From contig CAVZJB010000009.1 in the NCBI GenBank assembly GCA_963775425.1, forward strand, positions 272,616-336,615: a stretch of DNA of 64,000 nucleotides, read 5' to 3'. The stretch comes from an uncultured delta proteobacterium. GTDB taxonomy: Bacteria; Myxococcota; UBA727; VGSZ01. A program made the translations under genes and the position numbers. The notes under the pieces were generated by a model, which saw only the letters and a list, made by a program, of their open reading frames with translations, was not told the DNA's origin and did not search any database. Of the stretch, positions 50,801 through 59,721 are shown one piece after another (position 1 is the first letter of the stretch; every line of letters begins with the position of its first letter).

Positions 50801-52202
50801 GCGCGCGGCTGGGGGAGAGCACAGGGGTACGCGCGACGAGGTCGACGAGGTAGCCGCCGCGGCGGCGGAGCTCGTCGAGGTCCTTTCGCACCGCGCGCAC
50901 CAGCTCCGCGAAGCCGCGCCCCGCGTCCAGGCCGACGAACAACGGGACGGTGGGCGCCAACAAGGCCGAGGCGGCTTCGAAGCGCTTGCGCACGGGGCCG
51001 TCTACGAGGGCGACGCACAGCTCGTCGCGGTCGCACAGCGTGGCCATGGCGAAGGAGAACGCGGCGGTGGCTGCGGCCTCGATGTCATCGGCGAAGCGCG
51101 AGCGCAGCTCGGGCAGGGGGAGCGAGTGCACCGACGTTTGTCCCGGCGGCCCCGCCGCCGACAAGAACGGCACCGCCGGCGACTCCGCGCGCGCGAGGCG
51201 CTTGACGAAGAACGGCTCGGCCTCGGCGATCTCGCGGGTGATCGCCGCGCGGCCCTCGCGTCCGGGATCGACGATCTGTCCACCGGGCTTGAGTCCCAGG
51301 TAGTGCAGCGCCTCCTCGACGGAGATCTCGACTCCGCTCAGGAGCGACGTCCGCTCCACGCGCAGCGCCCCCTGGGCGCACGCCACCACGAAGGAGCGGG
51401 CGTCGGCCTCGAGGACGGTGCCCGGGCCCCCGCCCGCGCCGGACACCGACGCCTCACGCACGACCACCGCGCGCTCCCCCGCCGACGTCTTGTGCACGAG
51501 CTTGGCGAGGGCGAAGCGGTTGATGTACGGGCCCCAGTCGCAGGCGCGCACGAGCCGGTCGAGCTCGGCGGCCGTCTGGCTCCAGTCGAGAGTGGCCAGG
51601 GCCGCGGGGCGATCGTGACGCGAGAAGATCAGCCGCTCGCCGCCGGGGTTCGTCCCCTTCGGCTGGGGGATGCCCGGCGGCGCGCCGTGCTCGAGCTTCT
51701 CGACGAGAGACTTGAAGGCGTCGAGCGCGAGCGCGGCGTTCTTGATGTTGAGGGAGACGGAGCTCTCGCGCTCCTCGATGTCGACGTCGCGGCGCTCGAG
51801 GATGTCGCCGGTGTCGATGCCGTCGGCGAGGCGATGCCACACCACGGCGTGCGTGCGCTCGCCGCGCAGGAGCGCCCACGCCGAGCCGTGAATGCCCGCG
51901 TAGCGGGGCAGCGGTCCGTCGTGGAAATTGACGGCGTCGATGCGCGCCTTGGTGAAGTGCTCGGCCTTGAGGATGGCGGGGTACGTGATGGACAAGAGGA
52001 CGTCGATGTCGCCGGCGGCCATGAGCTCACCGATGCGCGCGCGCCCGTAGACCGGCACGTCCTTGCCCCGCGCCCACTCGGCGAGGGCCGGGTTGAGCGT
52101 GACGAGGCCGGCGAGGGCGTGCCCCCGCTCCAGGAGGAGCTCGCCGCACGAGACGGCGAGCGGCTCTTCTCCGAGGACGAGGCAGCGAAGGTGCGCGGGC
52201 AC
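47829..52202 (-). CDS. Single-module NRPS: formyltransferase domain, C-domain remnant, adenylation domain, PCP, thioesterase
   Basis: Fmt-like N-terminus: NFHDGPLPRYAGIHGSAW...GIDTGDIL (His codon 51921-23). A C-terminal half of a condensation fold follows, with no HHxxxDG. A-domain motifs: YAIYTSGSTGRPKGV, FDLSVYD, MSGDWIP, FGGATEAAIW, YKTGDLAR, GRADFQVKVRGFRVELGEIE, NGKLDR. PCP: FFDDMGGHSL (Ser codon 48864-66). TE: GYSFGA (Ser codon 48465-67). Confidence 0.9.
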   Translation of the reverse strand: MPAHLRCLVLGEEPLAVSCGELLLERGHALAGLVTLNPALAEWARGKDVPVYGRARIGELMAAGDIDVLLSITYPAILKAEHFTKARIDAVNFHDGPLPRYAGIHGSAWALLRGERTHAVVWHRLADGIDTGDILERRDVDIEERESSVSLNIKNAALALDAFKSLVEKLEHGAPPGIPQPKGTNPGGERLIFSRHDRPAALATLDWSQTAAELDRLVRACDWGPYINRFALAKLVHKTSAGERAVVVREASVSGAGGGPGTVLEADARSFVVACAQGALRVERTSLLSGVEISVEEALHYLGLKPGGQIVDPGREGRAAITREIAEAEPFFVKRLARAESPAVPFLSAAGPPGQTSVHSLPLPELRSRFADDIEAAATAAFSFAMATLCDRDELCVALVDGPVRKRFEAASALLAPTVPLFVGLDAGRGFAELVRAVRKDLDELRRRGGYLVDLVARTPVLSPSRALQTSALSCVAVLLDDGEALPPGAVLALRLSGGQASLVVDEGAVDTPRVRALVEQISAVCAQVAADPEKPLARVDLLDDETRKRQVFGWNDTAAPFSDEILIHTLFEEQVDARPDDVALEFEGETLTFAEVERRANRLAHALRARGVKPGQYVAFLLDRNFDLVTTMIGIAKSGAAYVPVDPGYPEERARFMVEDARAVAVVTSSSLPWGHGDGAPPPGIPILGVDGADVQGAPDTRPARVAASRDVSYAIYTSGSTGRPKGVVLTHRAVTNTLQWVNRTFSVGPRDKLLFVTSPSFDLSVYDVFGALGAGAVVEIASVETLREPELLVKKLTAPGITIWDSAPPALARLAPFFPARAPSSTLRLALMSGDWIPVKLPDHLREVFEGVEPVSFGGATEAAIWSNFHRIGHVDPSWRSIPYGRPIDNARYYILDRHMRPAPTGIAGDLYIGGLCLADGYLNREELTAERFLPDPFLPGERIYKTGDLARFWDDGTMEFLGRADFQVKVRGFRVELGEIEAVLRKQPGVRDVVCVARPDASGAKAVVAYVVPLHAAQPFDAPSLKAAVAAALPDFMVPSALVRLDRLPVTSNGKLDRAALPDPALVLERRALSPPRTPLEEKLVALWSDVLRAPVGVHDDFFDDMGGHSLLAVVVVSRLKKELGINVPLSRILAKPTIAALAQSLGDGERATSEPQSHLVVLNAHGTRPPLLIVSGAGGQVFIFRELAQRLGPDQPVYAFTAIGADGEDLPRESVEEIAAAYERELDARGLSGQQLVVGGYSFGAMVAYELAHRLRRRGKNVGAIVAFDAFAPGYPEKLPRMERALAHVEELRRRDALGRFNYVKDRIDNVRRRLLFKLGLGELLAPAVDGADREREDRMKQIWAILTQAQLAYMPKQNGETAPLLLFVAEHPFRWPATRMDDPTNGWRRWVKGRIDVVTVKGSHLELFRSENIERMATCITGLIDEVVDKRPARPRSLAAAPQADVGAADAI

Positions 52203-52237
52203 GTCGTCGGATTATCACGACCTGCGGCGCCCGCGCA

Positions 52238-54094
52238 TTATCGGTAGCCACGTGCCTGCAGATCGAACATCTCGGCGTAACGACCGCGCTTGCTCATGAG
52301 CGTGTCGTGCGTGCCGCGCTCGACGACCCGGCCCCTCTCGAGCACGACAATCTGATCTGCCGTGCGCACCGTGGAGAACCTGTGCGAAATCACGATGCCG
52401 ATTCGCCCGCGCAACAGACCGCGCAGCTCGGCGAAGATTTCTGCCTCCGCGGCCGGGTCGAGGTTCGCCGTGGGCTCGTCGAGGACCCACACGTCGGCGT
52501 CGCGGTAGATGAGGCGTGCGAGCGCGAGGCGTTGCCATTGGCCCCCGCTCAAGTCGTGCCCTCCCTCGAACAAGCGGCCGACGACGGACCCCAGTCCGTG
52601 CCCGATCTCGTCGACGATGCCGTCCGCGCGCGCGGACGCGAGCGCGCGTTCCGCCCGCTCCCGGTCGAACGGCAAGGAGATCCGGCCGAAGCGCAAGACG
52701 TCCTGCACCTCGAGCTCGTAGGCGCCGTAGTCTTGGAACAGCACCCCGATCCTGTCGCGCAGGCGCTCGGGGTCGGCGGCGCGCGCGTCGACGGCGACGT
52801 CGACGCCGTCGACGGGGCCCGAGAAGACGATCCGCCCCTCGTCGGGATCGAAGAAGCGGCACAGGAGCTTCACCAGGGTGCTCTTGCCGGCGCCGTTTTC
52901 GCCCACCAGCGCGAGGATCTCGCCGGCGCGCACCTCGAGGTCGACGCCGGCGAGCGCGCCCCGCTCCTCGTCGTGGCCCGGGTACCGGAACGACACGTTC
53001 TCGAGCGCCACCCGCGTGATGCGCTCGGGGAGGGCCTTCGCGACGGCCGGGGCGCGAACGGTGGGCTCGATGGCGAGGAAGCTGAAGTAGTCGTCGATGA
53101 ACTGCGCGTGCTCGTCGACGGTGACCAGCGAGCCGAGCGTGGCGCCGAGGTTGCTCGTCAGGGCGGTGAAGGCGCCGAAGATCGCGGCGACGTCGCCGAT
53201 GCTGAGGGTGCCGCGGGTGCCGGCGCCGGCGATGAAGATGTAGGCGACCAACAAGAGCGAGGCGGAGCCGGCGCCGCCGAGGAGGTCGAGGACGTTGGCG
53301 TCGCGGTAGAGCCGCCGCTTTTGCTCGAGCCGATCGAGCGACATGGCCTTGGCCCGGTCGACCACGTGCTGCGCCAGGCCGAACGCGCGCACGTCCTTGG
53401 CGAAGTGCGGCTCCGACGCCACCTGCACCATGTAGTCGTGCTCGCGCTCGCGGCGGGTGGTGCGCCAGAAGAGCTCGTAGAAGCGGCGGTTGGTGCGGAG
53501 CTTCATCAACGCCACCGGCAGCACGGAGAGCACGCCGAGGGGGACGAGCCGCGCGTCCAGGACGAACAGCGCGGAGCACAGGGTGACGAGCGTGATCGTC
53601 GACGAGAAGATGTGGATGAGCGTGAGCGTGAGGTTGTACGGGCGCCAGCCCACGTCGGCGCGGGCGCGCTGCAGCCTGTCGTGCCACGCGGGGTCGTCGA
53701 GGAGCGCGAGGTCGGCGGTGGCGACGTGCAGGAGGAACTTCTTGTGGGCGGACATCCAGACGCGGTCGGAGAACACGTCGTGGACGCGCCCGGTGAACGC
53801 CTGCAGCGATTGATTGAGGACGGCGAGGCCGCCGAGCGCGAGCACCGGGAAGAGCACCCGGTGATCCCGCCACGACGACGGGTGCGCCGCGATGCCGTCG
53901 ATGAGCCTGCCCGTGGCGAGGAGCGTCAGCGGCGTCAGCACGGCGCTCACCACGGTGAGCGCGAGGACGGTGCCCATCTGCCGCGGCGCCGCCTCCCAGG
54001 CGAGCGCCAGCGTGGCGCGCACGTTCCGCCAGATGCGCGCGGGTCGCGGCAGCATCTTGCGCACGGGCGGCGTCTCCTGGGCAGGCGCGGTCAT
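52238..54094 (-). CDS. ABC transporter, fused permease/ATPase (exporter type)
   Basis: Six-TM N-terminal half. Walker A GENGAGKST, signature LSGGQWQR, Walker B VWVLDEPTANLD. Its ATG overlaps the upstream stop (TGATG). Confidence 0.85.
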   Translation of the reverse strand: MTAPAQETPPVRKMLPRPARIWRNVRATLALAWEAAPRQMGTVLALTVVSAVLTPLTLLATGRLIDGIAAHPSSWRDHRVLFPVLALGGLAVLNQSLQAFTGRVHDVFSDRVWMSAHKKFLLHVATADLALLDDPAWHDRLQRARADVGWRPYNLTLTLIHIFSSTITLVTLCSALFVLDARLVPLGVLSVLPVALMKLRTNRRFYELFWRTTRREREHDYMVQVASEPHFAKDVRAFGLAQHVVDRAKAMSLDRLEQKRRLYRDANVLDLLGGAGSASLLLVAYIFIAGAGTRGTLSIGDVAAIFGAFTALTSNLGATLGSLVTVDEHAQFIDDYFSFLAIEPTVRAPAVAKALPERITRVALENVSFRYPGHDEERGALAGVDLEVRAGEILALVGENGAGKSTLVKLLCRFFDPDEGRIVFSGPVDGVDVAVDARAADPERLRDRIGVLFQDYGAYELEVQDVLRFGRISLPFDRERAERALASARADGIVDEIGHGLGSVVGRLFEGGHDLSGGQWQRLALARLIYRDADVWVLDEPTANLDPAAEAEIFAELRGLLRGRIGIVISHRFSTVRTADQIVVLERGRVVERGTHDTLMSKRGRYAEMFDLQARGYR

Positions 54095-55056
54095 CAATAT
54101 CCCGCGGCGACGTCGACCACGCCGAGGAGCGGCTCCCGCGCGGCGTAGCGGCGGACGTTGTCGCGCACGCGCTCCTTCAGGAGCGGCACCGCCATCTCGG
54201 GCGTGTTCCCGACGTGCGGCGTGATGACGCAGCGCTCGCTGCGCCACAGGGGGTGATCCTCCGGGAGCGGCTCGGGATCGGTGACGTCGAGCGCGGCGCC
54301 GCCGATGACGCCGCGCGCGAGCGCGTCGACGAGGGCGCCGGTGTCGACGAGGGCGCCGCGCGCGACGTTCACGAGCCAGGCGTGCCGGGGCATGCACGCG
54401 AGCTCCGCGGCGCCGATCATCCCCCGCGTCTCCGGCGTCAGCGCCGCGGCGAGGAACACGACGTCCGCCCCGGCGAACGCCTCGCGCCGCGCTTCGAACG
54501 TCACCGTCCGCACCAGACCGTCGCCGCCGGCGAACGGGACGCTCCGGCGCCTGACGACGGTGAGCGCGCAGCGAAACGGCGCCAGCAGCGCGACCAGGCT
54601 CCGGGCGATGCCGCCGGCGCCGACGATGACGACCTTCCCGCCGAGGAGCGAGAGCCCATCCGCGGGCCCGCCGTTCGGCCGCACCCAGGAGCGCGCGAGC
54701 GCGCGTGCCTTCAGGTTGCGCAGCCCGGCGAGCGCCAGGGCGAGCGCGTGCTCGGCGACGGGGGCGGCGTACACGCCCTGTCCCGCGGTGAAGCGGTGGT
54801 TGTCGTCGAGGACGCTGAGGAACGGCTCGATGCCCGCCCACGGCAACTGCACCCAGCGGATGTTGTCGTGCAGATCGAGGAGGGCGCGCAGGTCGGCGGC
54901 CCCCGTCGAGCTCGCCCAGACGAGACCCTCGGCGTCCTCGGGGGAAGCGAGCGCGGCGCCGCCTTCGACGACGGCGTCCTCGAGGAACGGGCGCACGCCC
55001 TTCGGCGCCACGCAGACCTTCAGCGCGCTCACGGCGCCGATGATGCACGGCGCCAC
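54094..55056 (-). CDS. D-isomer-specific 2-hydroxyacid dehydrogenase family protein
   Basis: Motifs: GKVVIVGAGGIARSL (NAD site), LVNVARGALVD, LDVTDPEPLP, ITPHVG. Confidence 0.8.
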   Translation of the reverse strand: MAPCIIGAVSALKVCVAPKGVRPFLEDAVVEGGAALASPEDAEGLVWASSTGAADLRALLDLHDNIRWVQLPWAGIEPFLSVLDDNHRFTAGQGVYAAPVAEHALALALAGLRNLKARALARSWVRPNGGPADGLSLLGGKVVIVGAGGIARSLVALLAPFRCALTVVRRRSVPFAGGDGLVRTVTFEARREAFAGADVVFLAAALTPETRGMIGAAELACMPRHAWLVNVARGALVDTGALVDALARGVIGGAALDVTDPEPLPEDHPLWRSERCVITPHVGNTPEMAVPLLKERVRDNVRRYAAREPLLGVVDVAAGY

Positions 55057-55138
55057 CGGCCGCGGGAAGCGCGGAAGCGAAAGCGCGCCCCACGGGGGGC
55101 GCGCGCAGATCAGCGACCGGAGGGAGCGGCCGCGCAGA

Positions 55139-57064
55139 TCACAGGGTCTTGAGGAACGCGACGAGGTCGGCCTTGTCCTGGAAGGACAGGTTGGAGCCGT
55201 GGCCCATCTTGTCGGTGGCCACCAGGCGCTCGACGACGTCCTCGAGCGTGGCCGCGGAGCCGTCGTGCAGGTACGGCGCGCTCTCGATGAGCCCGTGCAG
55301 CACCGGCGTGGCGAACTCCGAGGACCAATCGAGGTTGTCGCCGCCGGTGCCGACGCTGTGGGTGAGGTTGTCGGTGAAGGCGTCGCCGGCGTGGCACTGG
55401 CCGCAGCCGGCGCTGCCGTAGAACAGCTCCTCGCCGTGGGCGACGGCCTGCGCGTCGAGGCCGCTCGGCGGCATGGGTGCCGGGATCTGGTCGAGGAATT
55501 TGCCGACCTTGTTCATGGCGGTGGCGTCGAGGCCGTTGCCGCCCATGCGGCCCACGATGGTGACGTCGCTGATGCCGGCCATGTTCGGCACGCTCTGATC
55601 CCAGTGGAAGGGCTCGGTGCCGAGGATGCCGCCCCACAGCGCGGGCGCGTTGCGCGGGCCCTCGGCGAAGTGCCAGGTGGTGCCGTCGGGGCCGCCGCCC
55701 GGGTGGCAGGAGTCGCAGGAGATGGCGCCGAACTTCGTGAGGTCGTCGTTGACGCTGTAGAAGAGCACGCGGCCCTCACGCACGTCGGCGGGCAGCACGG
55801 GCGCCGCAACGGTGAACGTGTTGTCGACGGAGATCTTCTTGAGCGCGCCGGCGCTGCCCCCGGCGTAGCGAGACTTGGCCGAGGCGTCGGCCGGCACCGC
55901 GAAGCTCGAGATGGTGTCGTCGAAGGCGTTGTAGACGTACGCCGTGGTCCCGTCGGGGGAGACCTGGATGGACTCGACGCCGACCTTCAGCGGCACCACC
56001 GCGACGATGGACGGCTCGCCCTCGCCGATCACCGGCCGGCGCACGATGACGTTGCCCGAGCCGCGCGCGACCACGAGCTGGAGCTTGCCGCCGTCGACGG
56101 TGGCGATCTCCTGCGGCCCGTTGAAGGTCTCGTCGTGCAGGAGGTTGCGGTTGAGCGCGTCGACCACGGGCGCGGCGTCACCGGCGTGCTCGGGGGCGCT
56201 GCCGTTGGCCTCCTCGAGGGGCCGGTTCTCGTCGGACAAGAGCGAGCCCGACGCCGGGTCCACGCGGCTGACGGCCGGGTTCACCGCCGGGTAGCCCGTG
56301 GGGCCGTCGACGTAATACGTGACCGAGGGCTGACCGGCGAAGTTGGTGCCGCCGAGGAACTGGGCCGGGTCGTTGTTGCACTCGACGTGGGGGACGACGA
56401 CGCCGTCGCCGTCCGCGCTCGCGGTGATGCTCCCCATCTGGTTGGGGAAGAAGAACTGCTTGGAGGGCAGGTGCATGTCGACGTCGGCCGCGACGTTGTC
56501 GCCGTCGATGATGGACACGTAGCCCGCGGTGAAGTGGGTGACGGCGACGCGGCCGTCCTCGAGGCGCACGATGCCGCGCGGGTCGCCGTGGTGGAGCGTG
56601 ATGCGCGAAGCGACGCGCGTCGGATCCGCGAGGTCGATGCGCGCGAGGTCGCCCTCGCCGGCGACGGCGACGAGCACGGCGTGACCGACCTGAACGAGGC
56701 CGAAGGGATCGCTGCCGACGTCGGCGGTGCCGTCCACGGTGCCCTTCTCGACGTTCACCACCGAGACGGTGCCGGCGTAGCGCGCGCTCACGGCGACGCG
56801 GCCGTCGTCGAGGACGGTGAGGCGGTGGGGATACCCGGGCACCGCGACCTCGCCGAGCTTGGCGCCGCTGTGGGCGTCGACGGCGCGCACCAGGTCATGG
56901 TCGGCGAGGGCGACGTAGAGAGTCTTTCCGTCCTTGGAGATCTGCATGCGGCCGGTCTGCGGCGCGCTCGCCGGACCGATCTTCACGTCGGGCTCGCAGC
57001 CCGATGCCAGCGAGAGGGAGAGCAGCGCGATGGGTACGGCGACGGCGAGGTGTCGAACGAGCAT
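55139..57064 (-). CDS. Probable lipoprotein: beta-propeller (YVTN-like) domain fused to a di-haem cytochrome c peroxidase-like domain
   Basis: Signal peptide LLSLSLASGC. The N-terminal 400 aa or so contain repeated ...DG..(L/A)YVA/V... blades. The C-terminus has CDSCH and CGQCH haem motifs and PYLHDGS. Confidence 0.75.
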   Translation of the reverse strand: MLVRHLAVAVPIALLSLSLASGCEPDVKIGPASAPQTGRMQISKDGKTLYVALADHDLVRAVDAHSGAKLGEVAVPGYPHRLTVLDDGRVAVSARYAGTVSVVNVEKGTVDGTADVGSDPFGLVQVGHAVLVAVAGEGDLARIDLADPTRVASRITLHHGDPRGIVRLEDGRVAVTHFTAGYVSIIDGDNVAADVDMHLPSKQFFFPNQMGSITASADGDGVVVPHVECNNDPAQFLGGTNFAGQPSVTYYVDGPTGYPAVNPAVSRVDPASGSLLSDENRPLEEANGSAPEHAGDAAPVVDALNRNLLHDETFNGPQEIATVDGGKLQLVVARGSGNVIVRRPVIGEGEPSIVAVVPLKVGVESIQVSPDGTTAYVYNAFDDTISSFAVPADASAKSRYAGGSAGALKKISVDNTFTVAAPVLPADVREGRVLFYSVNDDLTKFGAISCDSCHPGGGPDGTTWHFAEGPRNAPALWGGILGTEPFHWDQSVPNMAGISDVTIVGRMGGNGLDATAMNKVGKFLDQIPAPMPPSGLDAQAVAHGEELFYGSAGCGQCHAGDAFTDNLTHSVGTGGDNLDWSSEFATPVLHGLIESAPYLHDGSAATLEDVVERLVATDKMGHGSNLSFQDKADLVAFLKTL

Positions 57065-57129
57065 GGTGTGAAGTCTCCCCAGATGACGAACGTCGGACGA
57101 ACAGAAGCCGGCAAGGCGCGCTCAGAGAA

Positions 57130-57144
57130 CCAAAACACGTGCCA
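57130..57144 (-). promoter_or_regulatory. Candidate sigma-54 promoter upstream of the propeller-peroxidase gene
   Basis: The minus strand reads TGGCACGtgttTTGGt against the consensus TGGCACG-N4-TTGC (one mismatch, in the -12 GC). It lies about 65-80 nt upstream of ATG 57064, in a 265-nt intergenic region of lower GC. Confidence 0.3.
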
Positions 57145-57331
57145 TGCGCTCGTGTGCTGTGCCACCGCGCACGGACGCGATCCTGGATCACCCCCCGGCG
57201 TGTGGGGCGAAATCCATGTGTGACAATTGTGTCGTGCGACGAAGATCTGTGGCGCGGATTCAATGGGTCGCGGGAGTGTCAGGTGCCGGTTCCCGGACGA
57301 GCTGCACGCAACCGTCGGGCGGCCGGTCGAA

Positions 57332-58552
57332 TCAGTCCGCCTGCGGCGGTTCCTCTTCGCTCGCCCGCCGCGTGCGCACCCAGGCGTCGGAGCGCTTCCA
57401 GGGACGGGCGACCACGAGCTTCCACAAGACGTACGCCGGCGCCGTCAGCAGAGCGAAGAGGCCGGCGACGCCGGTGCCGGAGAACGCCACGCCGCGCAGG
57501 ACGTAGGCCGCGAGCGACAGCGTCGACAGCGCCCACAGCGGCCACGCCGGCGACGGCCCGCCGGCGACGAAGACGTGGGCGCCCTCGACGGCGAGGCCGG
57601 CGACGACGACGAGCGCGGGGTACGAGATCGGCGGGACCATGAGGTCGCAGGCGAGATTGAAGAGCAGCAGCGAGCGCTGCGCCACCGCCGCCTTCAGCAC
57701 GCGCGGGAGGAGCGTGCGCATCAGGCCGAAGCGGCCGCCCTCCCAGCGGCGCCGCTGCGACAGCGCGGTCCCGGCGCTCACCGGCGCGTCGGAGCGGATC
57801 CACGTCTCCGGAGCGAACGCCACGCGGACGCCGTTCATCCCGAGCCGCACGCCGTACTCGACGTCCTCGACGACGCCGTACACCTCGTGCGGCACGCGCT
57901 CGAGGCACTCCCGTGAAAAGGCCATGCCCGTGCCGCGCAGCCCGACCGAGAGGCCGAGCCGCTCGCGCCCGAGCGAGCGCACGCCGTTGATCATCGCCAT
58001 CGCGATGGCCTGCAGGCGCGGCCGCCAGCCCGCGCCCGGGTTCTTCACGGCGTTTTCGACCTGCATCGCGAGGTCGCCGGCGACCACGCGGGCGCCCACC
58101 GCGCGCCAGAGGTTGCCGGCGACGATGGTGTCGGCGTCGACGACGATGACGCCCTCGACGCGCTCGTCGCCCTCGAGCGCCAGCGCGTGCGCGAACGCGG
58201 CCTCGAGCGCGTAGCCCTTGCCGCGGCGCACGTCGTCCCTGCGCTCGAGCACGCGGGCGCCGGCCTCGCGGGCGAGGGTGGCGGTGTCGTCGGTGCAGTT
58301 GTCGGCGACGACGAGGACGATCTTCTTGTCCGCGGGCGCGTCCGCGGCGAGCAGGCTCTTCACCGTGGCCGCGATGCCGTCCTTCTCGTTGTGCGCCGGC
58401 ACCACGCAGACGAGGCGCGGCGTGTCTGCGTCGGCGGGGGCCGGCGGAGGCCGCTTGCGCCACGACAGGAGCGTGAGGAACCCGAGGTACAGCCACACCG
58501 GCAACACGGCGACGGCGAGCACCCACGAGAGGACCTCGAGCGCCGCCGGCAT
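57332..58552 (-). CDS. Membrane glycosyltransferase family 2
   Basis: Start MPAALEVLSWVLAVAVLPVWLYLGF. Motifs: VVPAHNE, VVADNCTDDT, VVDADT, QRRRWEGG (QxxRW-type). C-terminal TM helices. Confidence 0.8.
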   Translation of the reverse strand: MPAALEVLSWVLAVAVLPVWLYLGFLTLLSWRKRPPPAPADADTPRLVCVVPAHNEKDGIAATVKSLLAADAPADKKIVLVVADNCTDDTATLAREAGARVLERRDDVRRGKGYALEAAFAHALALEGDERVEGVIVVDADTIVAGNLWRAVGARVVAGDLAMQVENAVKNPGAGWRPRLQAIAMAMINGVRSLGRERLGLSVGLRGTGMAFSRECLERVPHEVYGVVEDVEYGVRLGMNGVRVAFAPETWIRSDAPVSAGTALSQRRRWEGGRFGLMRTLLPRVLKAAVAQRSLLLFNLACDLMVPPISYPALVVVAGLAVEGAHVFVAGGPSPAWPLWALSTLSLAAYVLRGVAFSGTGVAGLFALLTAPAYVLWKLVVARPWKRSDAWVRTRRASEEEPPQAD

Positions 58553-58599
58553 CACCGCACGTTCTCGTCGAGGCCGTGTGCGCGCCGCATGGCGGGAGC

Positions 58600-59721
58600 A
58601 TGCCATCGGCCGGCGCGGCGCGGAAACGAGAAGCGCGCGGTGTCCGCGACGGCGGCGGGGCGTCGGGCACGGCGTGGTACGCTCGCGCGGTGGGGCACGG
58701 CACCGTCGTCGCGATCGTGGCCGTCGTCGTCGCCGGCGAGGGCTGCGCGGGCTGCAACGGCACGTTCACCCTGTCGTGCGCCGCCTCCACCGACTGCCCC
58801 GACGGCCTGTCCTGCGCCCCCGACGACATCTGCCGCCCCCATGACGCCGGCTCCGGCGACGGCGGCCCCCCCGTCGACACAGGCCCCACGGGCGACGGCG
58901 GCTCCCCCGGCGACGGCGGCCCCGTCGACGGCGGGCCCCCCGTCGACGGCGGCGAGGGCGAGGGAGAAGGAGAGGGCGAGGGGGAAGGCGAGCAGAGCGC
59001 CGCGAGCTGCGCCGCCGCGCTCGCCGCCGACCCGGCCGCGCCGAGCGGCATCTATCGCATCGGCGGCGCCGGCGTCGAGTGCGACATGACCACAGCGGGC
59101 GGCGGCTGGGCGCTCTTGTTCCGCTTCGACGCGCAGACGGACGACTGCCCCGCGGGGCTCGTCCGCGACGCCGCCAGCGGGGGCTGCGGACGCCCGCTGG
59201 ACGCGGCGCAGACGTCGCTGTTCCTGCCCGCGCCCGAGCCCTTCACGGAGCTGCGCGGCGAGGTCCGCGCGCTCGGCTTCGGCTCGCCCGACGCGTTCTT
59301 CGACACCGCGCCCACCATCGACGGCAACTACGGCGACGGCATCAGCTTCACCGTGGACTCGCCGCGCGTCCACGTCTTCACCCTCGCCCACGCCATCGCC
59401 GACGGCGCGAGCGGGTTCACCGTCCATCGCTGTCCGTGCGCGGGCGGAGATCCCCCGCCGGGCTTCGTCGGCACCGCCTACCTCTGCGAGGCGGCCACCA
59501 CCGCGTTCGTCGGCGGCGCGCGCACGCTCGACACCACCGACGTCCTGTGGGACGGGGCCGATCTCTTCCCGGGATGCGAAGGCGCGCCCGAGTCCGCGCC
59601 CGACTTCCAGGTCGCGCTCGCGGCCGAGGACCCCGGCCCCGTCGAGTTGCGCATCCTCCACAACGAGGTGAGCAGCGACGAGGACACGTACATCACCCGC
59701 GCGGAGCTCTGGGTGCGCTGA
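58600..59721 (+). CDS. Secreted/anchored protein with Pro/Gly-rich and (Gly-Glu)n spacers and a fibrinogen-related C-terminal domain
   Basis: Hydrophobic anchor VVAIVAVVVAG, a Cys knot and GEGEGEGEGEGEGE. Then SCAAALAADPAAPSGIYRIGGAGVECDMTTAGGGWALLFRF (FReD signature C...SG.Y.I....V.CDM...GGGW). The start is uncertain (GTG 58576, ATG 58600 or GTG 58690). Confidence 0.65.
   Translation: MPSAGAARKREARGVRDGGGASGTAWYARAVGHGTVVAIVAVVVAGEGCAGCNGTFTLSCAASTDCPDGLSCAPDDICRPHDAGSGDGGPPVDTGPTGDGGSPGDGGPVDGGPPVDGGEGEGEGEGEGEGEQSAASCAAALAADPAAPSGIYRIGGAGVECDMTTAGGGWALLFRFDAQTDDCPAGLVRDAASGGCGRPLDAAQTSLFLPAPEPFTELRGEVRALGFGSPDAFFDTAPTIDGNYGDGISFTVDSPRVHVFTLAHAIADGASGFTVHRCPCAGGDPPPGFVGTAYLCEAATTAFVGGARTLDTTDVLWDGADLFPGCEGAPESAPDFQVALAAEDPGPVELRILHNEVSSDEDTYITRAELWVR
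58951..58992. repeat. In-frame (GGCGAG)n-type tract
   Basis: ggcgagggcgagggagaaggagagggcgagggggaaggcgag encodes GEGEGEGEGEGEGE. Confidence 0.7.
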
